Source: Malacoraja senta | Taxonomy: Eukaryota | Assembly: GCA_038087875.1 (NCBI GenBank) | Contig: CM075991.1 | Location: 11,410,001-11,474,000 of the forward strand | Length of the DNA stretch: 64,000 nucleotides | Reading direction: 5' to 3' | Shown here: positions 13,301 to 25,300 of the stretch, one piece after another | How positions within the stretch are numbered: the stretch's first letter is position 1 | Layout of the letters: each line of letters begins with the position of its first letter | The notes under the pieces: model-generated | The model's database searches: none | What the model was told of the DNA's origin: nothing | Seen by the model: only the letters and a program-made list of their open reading frames with translations | Program-made: the position numbers and the translations under genes

Positions 13301-16300
13301 TCCACTGCCTTCTGAGGCAGAGAATTCCACAGATTCACAACCCTCTGTGTGAAAAAGTTTCCTCGTCTCTGTTCTAAATGGCTTACCCCTTATTCTTAAA
13401 CTGTGGCCCCTGGTTCTGGACTCCCCCAACCGTGTTTCCTGCGTCTAGCGTGTCCAAACCCTTAATAATCTTATATGTTTCAATAAGATCCCCTCTCATC
13501 CTAAATACTGAGAGTAGCTGAGCAGGTATTTGAAGTGAGAGGCAGGTAAGGGTTACTGGTGAGGACCAAAGTTGCAGGCTATAATATATGATCATGTCAA
13601 TACCCCGCGGGTCTAAGGGCCACCTTCCAGTTTTAGAAATAACCAAGACGTACCTTTCTTGACGATTTTTCTAATGCTACGTTTTGCTGAATAGACCCAC
13701 CTCGGCTGATGTGTGGCAGATGTTTGCGACAGATCTGGGCATTTCTGATTAGGAGAAGGCTTCTCCAGAACCCCTACGCAGATATGAAAGTGTGTACATG
13801 TAGAGGGTGTGACAGTATCTGGCTGAGCTCTTCCAACCCTTTGTTGAATTGAGAATTGGTTGGCGATCTCTGCTGTGGAATGAATACTGGCAGAGCATTG
13901 ACAGCTTGGTGAGACACTGGGAGAAGTAACCCTTAACCTTGTGTGTTGTTGTGTTCCACAGGGGAGGATGAAGACCAGTTTGAGCAGTTCATGCTTCCCT
14001 TAACCGCAGCGTTCGAGGCAGTAGCACAAATGTTTAATTCAACCACATTCAATGAACAAGATGCTAAGGTACGTCACGGACGTGGACATTTTATCCAGTT
14101 GCTGGTTTAGCCCCTCAGTGTCACATTCACAATGTTTCAGGCCACGGCACTGTAAGTGAGCAGTAACGTGGTTCACCGCCATCGCCCCCAGTCGCTGGTA
14201 TTTATGAACAATCTCTCAAGGGTGCATCCAATTGACATCTACCTCTCCATCCCTTTGCTATTTTTAAATCATTCTCAAGATATATACATCACTGGTGAAG
14301 CTTAAAGTTATTGCACATCCTTGACCAGTCTCAAGTAGTGGCCAATCCAGAGGTTCATTTCGAGTTAATCTCATGGCTAAAGGTCTGGAGTTGCACACAG
14401 TAATGTCTTCAAAAGGAATTTTATGGGTCTTTGCACAACCTATTAAGGGCCTGTCCCACTTTACGAGGTAATTCAAGAGTTCTCCCGAGTTTTCCCCTGA
14501 TTCGACCTCGGAGAATGTCCGTAGCGGGTCCGTAGGAGTTTGTGGATATCTCGTAGCGGCTCGTACGAGTAACGGTAGGTACTCGGGAAATCCGGTAAAC
14601 TCGTGAGGTTTTTTCAACACTGTGAAAAATGTCCACGAGTAAAAAAAATACTCGTGATGAAAACAATTGTTACTTTTTACTCGTACGAGCCATCCACGAA
14701 CTCCTACGGACCGGCTACGGACATTCTCCGAGTTCGAATCGGGAAAACGCGGGAGAACTCGTGAATTACCTCGTACAGTGGGACAGGCCCTTTAGTTCCG
14801 CGGTGACTATCGCTATATTTTTATTCCAAAATAATTAAACTTACTGAAGTTAAATTCACCCACTTATGTGGGGTCTGAACTTGTGTCACTAAATCTGTAG
14901 GCCAGTGCACTGGATTACAGTCAACATTCCCAACGGGACAGAGAGGGGTGGTGACCAATGACATTGTTGCTAGATTGTGAGCAGTGGGGTCCATACTATC
15001 GATGGGGCTGGGATAGTAGCAGATAATGTCCAGACCAGAACCCAAACTGAGATACATGATCAGTGTAGTAAAGTCATATATAAATGCAAACCCTTGCTCG
15101 ATAAATCACTGGGGATAGAAATTCCAAACTGCGGGGGGGGGTTTCTAACATGAGACCTTAAATGTAACTTGTGTGGAAAGGAACTGCAGATGCTGGGGAT
15201 AGTCACAGCGCTGGAGTAACTCAGCAGGCCAGGCAGCATCTCTGGAGGAAAGAGGATGGGTGACTTCTCGAGTCGGGTCGCTTCTTCAGACTGAAAGTAG
15301 AAGGGAGCGAACTGGAGATAAGAAAAAGGCCAGAGCAAAGCCGGGCCGGCAACAGATGACCAAGGAAGCATGGAGCCCACAATGGTCCATTGTTGGCTGG
15401 GGAACAGGTGATAACGAAAGGATACAAGGATGCGAACAGTGGGAACTAGTAGGATGACTAGGGTGGGGGTGGGAGGGAATGCAGGGATTACTAGAAATTA
15501 TAGAAATCAACGTTCAAGTTTCCCACGTGAACTATGAGGTGGTGTTCCTCCATTTGTGTGTGGCCCCACTCTTAACAGTGGAGGAGGCCCTGGACAGTAA
15601 GGTCAGTGTGGGAATGGGAAGGGGAGTTAAAATGTAGCTTGTTCACCCTGCCATTCTGTGAACAATCAGAATTCTAGTTTAAATTCAGCAGCCTCATTGC
15701 CAAAGGCAGCACTGTACCTGGTACGTAACAAACCCACTCTGTATCTAATTATGCTTCTTGATGTTTGTTGTCCACAGCGAACGTTGGTTGGCCTGGTGAG
15801 AGACCTGAGGGGTATCGCTTTTGCCTTCAATGCAAAGACCAGCTTTATGATGTTTTTGACTGGATGTATCCTTTTTAACATCTTGGCTGGGAACCAAAGG
15901 CGGGGAATGGGAATCGAGCATTGAACTGGAAATGGAGAATGAATTTTAAATCTTCTGGGAGTGAAGTTCCGTTGGTTTGTATAATTATTAAATGGTGTCC
16001 AAGGTCAGTTTCTTTATCAGAGAGCAGCGAGGCCATGTCCGTTCATGTGGGCTTTGTGCTGTGTAACTATGACGGAATGGCACTACGATACAGAGTCTAG
16101 TGCATTAGTGTCGTTTAGTGGAGACAAGCCTTTTAGCCCACACCGGCCAATGAGCATCTGTACACTAGCTATATCCTACACACTAGGGACAATTTACAGA
16201 CGGCAATTAACCTACAAAACAGCACGTTTCTGGGATGTGGGGGGAAACCGGAGCACCTGGAGAAAACCCATGCGGTCACAGGGAGAATGTGCAAACTTCA

Positions 16301-19300
16301 TACAGACAGCACCCGTAGTCAGGATCGAACCCGGGTTCTCTGGCACTGTGAGGCAGCAACTCTCCCTCTGCGCCAGTGTGCCGCCCTATTACATTTAAGT
16401 TACTTTATTTGTGTCTTTTGGTGTGGAATGTTGCAGATGCTCTAAAATTAAGCACAGCAGAATATGTGAAATCGGTATAATGAGTCAGTGAGGACTTCCC
16501 CTCTGGGTTACACAGATAAAAAACAATGGACACATCAAATACAGAAACCGTTCATTCTATTCTGATGCAGTTCAGTCACTGCGTCTTTAGTTGGCAGAGC
16601 AGAGTGGTCTGATCTTTGCTCCAACACCGAATCTGTGCGATCCACGTCAGGTGCCAAAGTCCAACAGGTTGTGACGAGAGGCAGCCTTCCCCTCACACAA
16701 CTCCGTCCCGTGTCACAGTGGGCACTGCATATGTACTCAGGCAGCATTGATGGTTCCAAAACAACTTAGGCAAAACTGGATGTTTACTTGTGGGAAAGTG
16801 AAAGGAATCAGACAGTTCGGCTTTCACTCACACCCATCTGGTTATTGTTGCGAGACAAAAATGCCGGAGAGACTCAACGGGTGAGGCAGCATTTTGGGAG
16901 CGAAGGAATGGGCGACGTTTCGGGTCGAGACCCTTCTTCAGACTGATGTGGAGGTGGTGCGGGGGGGCGGGGAAGAAGAAAGGAAGAGGCGGAAACAGTG
17001 GGCTGTGGGGAGCTGGGAAGGGGAGGGGAAGGAGGGAGAAAGCAAGGACTACCTGAAATTGGAGAAGTCAATGTTCATACCGCTGGGGTGTAAACTGCCC
17101 AAGCGAAATATGAGGTGCTGCTCCTCCAATTTGCGGTGGGACTCATTCTGGTAACTTGAGAATACTTTCACCAGCTTTCTCGTGTGCAATCAGCACAGGC
17201 CACTTGAAGCAGAGGAATAGTCGATTGCTTTCCCAAATTATGGTGTTGATATTGAATAGAAGAATAATTCACCTCTGTCAGCATTCTTCTTCTGGTCGAG
17301 TCCACACACAAGATTAGGAGTTGTTCAGAGCTGAACACACTTCTCGGCATCTGCGCACAATGGTGTGTGCCTTGTCGCTTCTTGTGCTGTGGTGGAAAGA
17401 TTGGTGGAAAGAGGGTCGCGACGTGAACGCTCTTTCCTTGTCAGCATTGAATTACTGTTTGCAGGCATCCTGGCTACTTATAAGGATAGGGTGGGAGGAG
17501 AGTAGGTTCTTCAAATTTTTCTGCAAATCTGAACCTGATAGCCTCACTAAATGAAATAAAATACAGCGAAGATGGAAACAAAATGCTGGAGTACCTCAGC
17601 GGTACAGGCAGCATCTCTGGATAGATAATACGGTATTCCTCTCTGTGTTGCTGTAACGTGGGGATTAACCTAATGATGAAGCACACCATTAAAATTCCAT
17701 GCAAACCAGTACTTCCATCTAGAATGCCTACATCGCAACGGTATTGAATTGTGTGGGAAGGAACTGCACATGCTGATTTAAACCAAAGATAGGCGCAAAA
17801 AGCTGGAGTAACTCAGCGGGTCAGACAGCATCTCTGGAGAAAAGGAATAGGTGACGTTTCGGGTCTGAAGAACAGTCACCTATTCCTTTTCTCCAGAGAT
17901 GGTGTCCGACCCGCTGAGTTACTCCAGCTTATTGTGTCTCTTTCCGGTATTGAATTGTGTACAGGTTTCACCATTCATCTGGTAATCTATTTATCACAGG
18001 TATGGTGTAATTTACAATACGCGATGCCATAAGATGAAATGAAACAATCATTTTGGACCGAAGGAACATCAAATCTGACTCGTTAAGATTGTCACACAAT
18101 TCTATCACAGTAATTTGTATTTGGAATTTGGCTCGACGCTGGTTGAGTCGTTACTAGTCCCGTTACTAGTCCCGTCTCAGACTGAGACGGTCGTGGGTTT
18201 GTCCCGCTGGAGAGAGTTGAGCACCCAGTCCGGGCTGAATCTCCAGTGCGATGGTCAGAGTTTAAGCACTATGAGAGGAAACATAGAAACAGTGGAAAGC
18301 ACAGCACGATCTCAAACACAACAAACTGACAACCACTTGACCTGCTGGCGGCAATGTTGCCTGTGGGAAGAATGTTTGACAAGTCTCCAGCAAGGGCACT
18401 ACTCCTCTTTGAACAGTACCATGGATAGTTGGTGCACAGAGCAGTACCATAGAAGATCATCATTCCTCCAGTCACCCAGAGACACTTCAACACTGCTCCC
18501 TACAACTTGATAGTACTGAGTTAGGCATTGACCGCGACTCATTTGGTAAAACTCTTTCTTTCCAAGTATGATGAACAGAGAAACATCTTATTCTAACATT
18601 CGGAGCTTAAAAGCATCCTGGACAGGTGCACTGTAGGTGCTGCTGCTTCCAGATGAATTGTTTGACCGATGTTCTGCTGCGGGACTTATAATGGTATTTT
18701 GTAAGCAAGAGAGCTTTCCCTGTAGTCCTGGCCGAAACGGAATGCTCGATCAACGTCATTCGAACAGATCATCTGGCCCAGAATACCCAGGAGTGTGCTA
18801 CGCAAAACAGCAATGGTACTTGCTACGTGCTAGCAGAAGAGCCCCTCTGACACTCCCACGTTCCTTCAGTCCTCCTCACAGTGCCTCAACACTCACTGGA
18901 GAATCAGCCTGGACTACGTGCTCAGCCCTGCAACAGGACAAGCCCACAGTCCAGTCATCTACCATAACTGGACATGAACGGTAACCGAGGTGATGCTGAG
19001 AAAGCAGTGAGCAAGACCAGATGCTGCACACACACACTAGATTTTACCTCTAGCCATTTCACCTAATTTTTTTCTTCTGAACGCAAACGGTGGCGCAGCA
19101 GTAGAGTTGTTGCCTCGCCAGAGACCCAGGTTCGATCCTGACTATGTAGCAATGTTACAAAATTTTGAGATTTAAAAAATAAAGTCTGCAATTTATCCAT
19201 CAGATAAAGCATAAAAAGAAGTTTAATTTGACACCTAATTCACTTTCATATCTTCAGTATTAAAAACGTTATGGCCATTCATACTCGGAAATTAGCATTT

Positions 19301-22300
19301 TGTTCCCTATTGCTTTTCCATTGACTTAACACAAAAGCTGTGATCGAGGACAGTCAAAATCCCATAACTTTCTTAAAAATTAAGAGAACTGAAAGATATT
19401 TTCAGTTATTATAGATTGAAGCATTCTGAAACAAATATGAAACAATCTTACTTAGATGACATGAAATTAAAGCATATAATTAGTTAGTTACCTAATTGTA
19501 GCTAATTACAAAATTCAATTACTAGATCTAAACATCTATCAATTTCTTAAGAATAGATTAACATTTTTAAATAGCCTAAGTGTCCAAATAACATTCACAC
19601 AAGAATTCACAATATAACATAATTTTTAAATCTCATTGTCATGGATTTACAGGCCAAATGGAAGGAATTGAATGTTTAATACCTGTAAATTAATGGGCAT
19701 TTAAATCATCTTGCGAGTGAGGTTTTCTGGAACGCGATCATTTGGAACGTTGATTTGCGGTGAATTTAACCCCGTATCGGCATGAAAAATTCCGCCGTTA
19801 GTTCGGGGAAAAGAATCACCGTTTCGCATTAAAAAATGTGAATTAAAGGCTTCTTAAGAAGCACTTTTATACAAAAAAATAAACTACTTTCGTTTACCTG
19901 TTCCGTGTGTGAAATCCATCCCCGTTGTCGGCGTTGACGGATTTCGAAGCTGATTTTAAAATAACTCCAGCGCTGACATTGTCGATTTAATAAAAATAAA
20001 AAATACCCAAAACGCCCGTAGGAACGATTTTTCAGCAAACGCTTGTATTCCAACGAAATATAATACAGGACAAGTAGGAGAAACCCGCGTTTTAACCCCG
20101 CCCCCCCTTAAAGGCGCCAAAATCGCGCACACGGCCAGCGGCAGAATTGCAGCGCCGCTGAAGGTAAGTATTGTAACATACCTAGACTATGGGTGCTGTC
20201 TGTACATCGTTTGTACATTCTTCCCTTGACCTACGTGGGTTTTCTCCGGAATCTCCGGTTTCCTCCCACATTCCAAAGACATACAGGTTTGTAGGTTAAT
20301 TGGCTCGGTATACTTGTAAATTGTGCCTAATGTGTGTTGGATCGAGTAAGTGTACGGGGATTGGTGGTCAGTGCGGACTCGGTGAGCCGAAGGACCTGTT
20401 TCCGCGGTCTGTCTCTAAACTAAGCTAAGAAAACAAAATAAATGTACTCTTGATTTACTGAAGCTGATGAAAGAGAGCTTCCTCCTCTAAGATGACATGA
20501 TTTACAGCTGCTCTGATTTCCTTAGCGTCTGTCCCACAGTTACCCTGCCTACATGCCGATACTACAGCGCGCGGTGGAGCTCTGGTACCACGACCCAGCC
20601 TGCACAACCCCCATTCTCAAGCTGATGGCCGAGTTGGTACACAACAGGTGAGGTGGCTCTTGGGGGCTCCTGTCCGTCCGCCAAAGGTGGGTGCACCACC
20701 ATCACCTGTCTGGTTGCCTCCTTCATTGCGGCATGGGTACACTGGCTCAAACAGGCATGTGCATCACTGCATAATCTGTGTGTCTGACCGAGCCTTAAGT
20801 GCCTGTCCCACTTACGCCACCTTTACAGGTGACTACCGCGATCCGTGATAGGTCGTGAGAGGTCTCCTATGGTCATGAGAGGTCTCCTATGGTTGTGAGA
20901 GGTCTCCAAAGAGTCGTAGCGTCTTTCTGGTCACCGCTGAATTTTCAACATGTTGAAAATTTCGGCGAACTATCACGGGTGCCGGCAGTCGCCTGTAAAG
21001 GTCGCGTAAGTGGGACAGGCCCTTAAGAGTGCTCAACGTCTTTGGCTTAAGCTGTGCCTTATTGAGGAGCCTACGACAATTCTCACGCTGGCCTGGTGTA
21101 CTAACATACGGTCATTTATCTTGTTGCTCGTTGCGGGACCTTGGTTCAGTGTCGGCATCAGTTGTTGCCACGTGCTTGGTGAGAGGCATTGTCACAAATC
21201 ACAGTGTTGTAAGGAGGCACTGGAAGGGAATGTTTTTGCCTGTTCTAACGTCACGCTGTATGTGTGTCTCTCTCCACTCCTCACCCCCGTGCTTTCCTTG
21301 CCCACATAATGATCAGCATTCAGTCCTCCAACCTTCCAAAAACAATCGACACAAATGCTGGAGTAACTCAGCGGGACAGGCAGCATCTGTGGAGAGAAGG
21401 AATGGGTGGCGTTTCGGGTCGAGACCCTTCTTCAGACCCAGGGGAAAGTGAAACGAGAGATCTAGATGGAGAAGTAGATAGATAGATAGAGAACAAATGC
21501 ACTGAGTTACTCCAGCATTCGGTGTCTACGGTTTAAACCAGCATCTGCGGTGGCCGATTAGGAAAAGGGGAGATGCAACGAGACCTGGGTGTCATGGTAC
21601 ACCAGTCATTGAAAGTAGGAATGCAGGTGCAGCAGGCAGTGAAGAAAGCAAATGGTATGTTAGCATTCATAGCAAAAGGATTTGAGTATAAGAGCAGGGA
21701 GGTTCTACTGCAGATGTACAGGGTCTTGGTGAGACCGCACCTGGAGTATTGCGTACAGTTTTGGTCTCCTAATCTGAGGAAAGACATTCTTGCCATAGAG
21801 GGAGTACAGAGAAGGTTCACCAGACTGATTCCTGGGATGGCAGGACTTTCATATGAGGAAAGACTGGATAGACTCGGCTTGTACTCGCTAGAATTCAGAA
21901 GACTGAGGGGGGATCTTATAGAAACTTACAAAATTCTTAAGGGGTTGGACAGGCTAGATGCAGGAAGATTATTCCCGATGTTGGGGAAGTCCAGAACTAG
22001 GGGGTCACTGTTTAAGGATAAGAGGGAAGACTTTTAGGACCGAGATGAGGAAATCATTTTTTACACAGAGAGTGGTGAATCTGTGGAATTCTCTGCCACA
22101 GAAGGTAGTTGAGGCCAGTTCATTGGCTATATTTAAGAGGGAGTTAGATGTGGCCCTTGTGGCTAAAGGGATCAGGGGGTATGGAGAGAAGGCAGGGATG
22201 GGATACTGAGTTGGATGATCAGCCATGGTCATATCAAATGGCGGTGCAGGCTCGAAGGGCCGAATGGCCTACTCCTGCACCTATTTTCTATGTTTCTATG

Positions 22301-25300
22301 TTCCTTCCTACACATTCCAAAAACAATGACAGCCAAACAATCCCTGCACTGCCAAGGACGTTCTCATTGTGATGACCTTGACAAATTGCACAAAGCTGCT
22401 GCAGCTTCATGTCGACGGCAATGAAATCGCTCCATCTGAGCCACAACAAATCACTGGTGGATCTCGGGTTGCTGGCAGTGCTCTGGCCGTGAGACTGGGG
22501 TTCCAGAGCAGAGGAACCATCTGGAGGGGACAGAGCCTGGAGTTCTAGTAGGAGCAGAAAACAATTTATAGAGTTGGTTGAAAATAAGAAGATTTTGATA
22601 GAAGAGGGATCAGCTGTTCCAATGGAGATTTAAAAACCATTTGCGAGAGAACTTGCCAAGGGAAAGCAGCAAGTTATGACCGCATGTCCTGTCTGAAAGG
22701 CAAGTTGGAGCTGATTCAATGCCAACTTTACAAAAGTGAATGAATAAATCCACAGGTAACATTTGAAGCGCCACGTGGAAAAAACTAGGGAGTGGAACTA
22801 AAAGGCCTTACGCGATTTTTTTCGGCGATTTGCCGGCACCCGTCATAGTCGTAGCAGGTCGCCGAAAATGTTAAAAATGTTGAAAATCCAGCGGCGGCCA
22901 GAAAAAGGTACGACACTTTGGGCGACTACTCACGACCAAACAGGCGTCACCCTGCAACTTCACACAGACAGCACCCATGGTCAGGCTCGAACCTGGGTCT
23001 CTGGCGCCGTGGGGCAGCAGCTCTTCCAGCTGTGCCATCGTGCCAACCCGAAACCTCACCCATTCCTCCTCTCCAGAGATGCTGCCTGTCCCGCTGAGTT
23101 GTTCCAGCATTTTGTGTCTACCTATTACAATTGAGCGATGGCATGCCACACTGAGGTTTACCGTTGTTGCCGGGACTGACTTCCACACCGTGTCACCCAC
23201 CGCCCAGCGTCTCCAAGCTGACCTCTCGCTGTCCTTTGTGCAGGTCCCAGCGGCTGCAGTTTGATGTTTCTTCCCCGAACGGGATCCTCCTTTTTCGAGA
23301 GACTAGCAAAATGATCACAACGTACGGTGAGTGTTCGTCACGTTCCCTGCTCCTCACTGCTCTTCAGTTCTCCAGCCACGGCTCCCTTTGTACCTCTGTG
23401 GCTGCTCCACACACTATGGCTTTTGTACCATCGTAGTCTAGTTTACTTAGAATAATTGAGAATTTCTTGCAGACATGTTTTCAAATAAATCCACTGACAC
23501 CCCTCCCCCATGCCCAATCCTTTCTCACCACCCCTGTTCATTCCCCTCTTCCTCCTGCTCATCTCCCACCTTAATCCCCCATTTTACTTTTAACCCACCT
23601 TCTCCTCCTCTCCCGTCCCTTTCCACCCGGATCCCTCCCTCTGGCTTTGCATTTCACTCCTCCTTGCCTGTATCCACCTATCACTTGTCTTCAGTCTGAA
23701 GTGTCTCGACCCGAAACGCCACCCATTCCTTCTCTCGAGATGCTGCCTGTCCCGCTGAGTTACTCCCAACATTTTGTGTCTACTTTCCACCTCTCACTTG
23801 TCTGCTCTGTTCCCCCTTCCTCCTCCCCCCCCTCACTCTTTCCCAGTTTTCTCCCCCATCTCAATCACTCTGGAGAAAGGTTCCAACCCAAAAGGTCGCA
23901 GCAACTCTACCGCTGCGCCACCATGCCACGAAGTTCACTGTGGCTGACCACATGAGCTCTGGCCAGGGACGGAGTTAGAGTCTGTGAGAGAGTGACTGAC
24001 TCTCCTCTTTTTGGCTTCCGCCGTGGAAAACGCTAACATTCTGGTTTATTCTTTCTGTTTGAACAGGTAACCGGATCCTGACCCTGGGGGAAGTTCCCAA
24101 GGACCAAGTATATAGACTGAAGTTGAAGGGGGTGTCTATATGCTTCTCCATGTTGAAGGCAGCTCTCAGCGGCAACTATGTCAATTTTGGTGTCTTCCGG
24201 CTCTACGGTGACGATGCCCCTCGACAATGCTTTGCAGACCTTCATCAAACTCCTGCTGTCCATCCCCCACAGTGATCTACTGGTGAGTGACTCCACTGAG
24301 GTGTGGAGTACCTGCTGCCTCACGTTCACTGGTGTCGCTGAGCTCCAGAGCACAGAAACAGCCCGGTTGTCCATGCCAACCAAGTTACCTCACCGTGTAG
24401 GAAGGAACTACAGATGCTGGTTTAAACTGAAGATAGACACAAAAAGCTGGAGTTACTCAGCGGGACAGGTAGCATCTCTGGAGAGAAGGAATGGGTGACG
24501 TTACGGGTCGAGAACCTTCGTCAGTCTGAACCCGAAACGTCACCCATTCCTTCTCTCCAGAGATGCTGCCTGTCCCGCTGCATTACTCCAGCTTTTTGTG
24601 TCTATCTTAACGAGCCAGTTCAACTTGCCAGCGCTTGGCCCACATTTCCTATCCGTGTGTTAAAGAAGGAACTGCAGATGCTGGAAAATCGAAGGTACAC
24701 AAAAATGCTGGAGAAACTCAGCGGGTGCAGCAGCATCTATGGAGCGAAGGAAACAGGCAACGTTTCGGGCCGAAACCCTTCTTCAGACTGATAGTGGGTG
24801 GGGAGAAGAAAGGAAAAAAGGCGGAGGAGGAGCCCGAGGGCTGGGGGAGGGGAGGAGACAACCAGAGGGCTGATGAAGGGGAGGGGACAGCAAGGGCTAG
24901 CAGAATTGGGAGAATTCAATGTTCAAGCCCCCAGGATGTAGACTGCCCAAGCGGAATATGAGGTGCATTTCCTCCAATTTCCGGTGTTGCTCGCTGTGGC
25001 CATGGAGGAGACCCAGGACAGAGAGGTCAGATACGGAAGGGAGGGGGAGTTGAAGTGCTGAGCCACCGGGAGGTCAGGTTGGTTATTGCGGACCGACCGG
25101 AGGTGTTCGGCGAAACGATCGCCAAGCCTCCGCTTGGTCTCACCGATGTAGATCAGCTGGCATCTAGAGCAGCGGATTCAATAAATGAGGTTGGAGGAGA
25201 TGCAGGTGAACCTCTGTCGCACCTGGAACGACTGCTTAGGTCCTTGAATGGAGTCGAGGGGGGAGGTGAAGGGACAAGTGTTGCATCTCTTGCGGTTGCA

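Noticed and set aside
13928..13938. U12-like branch sequence CCCTTAAC before the acceptor at 13961
   Set aside because: The matching donor is GTATGT (U2-type), and the motif also fits an ordinary branch point.
15853..24220. Compensating -1/+1 frameshift pair giving an alternative XPO7 segment
   Set aside because: The shifted frame hits TGA within exon 20540-20647; both indels are in homopolymers.
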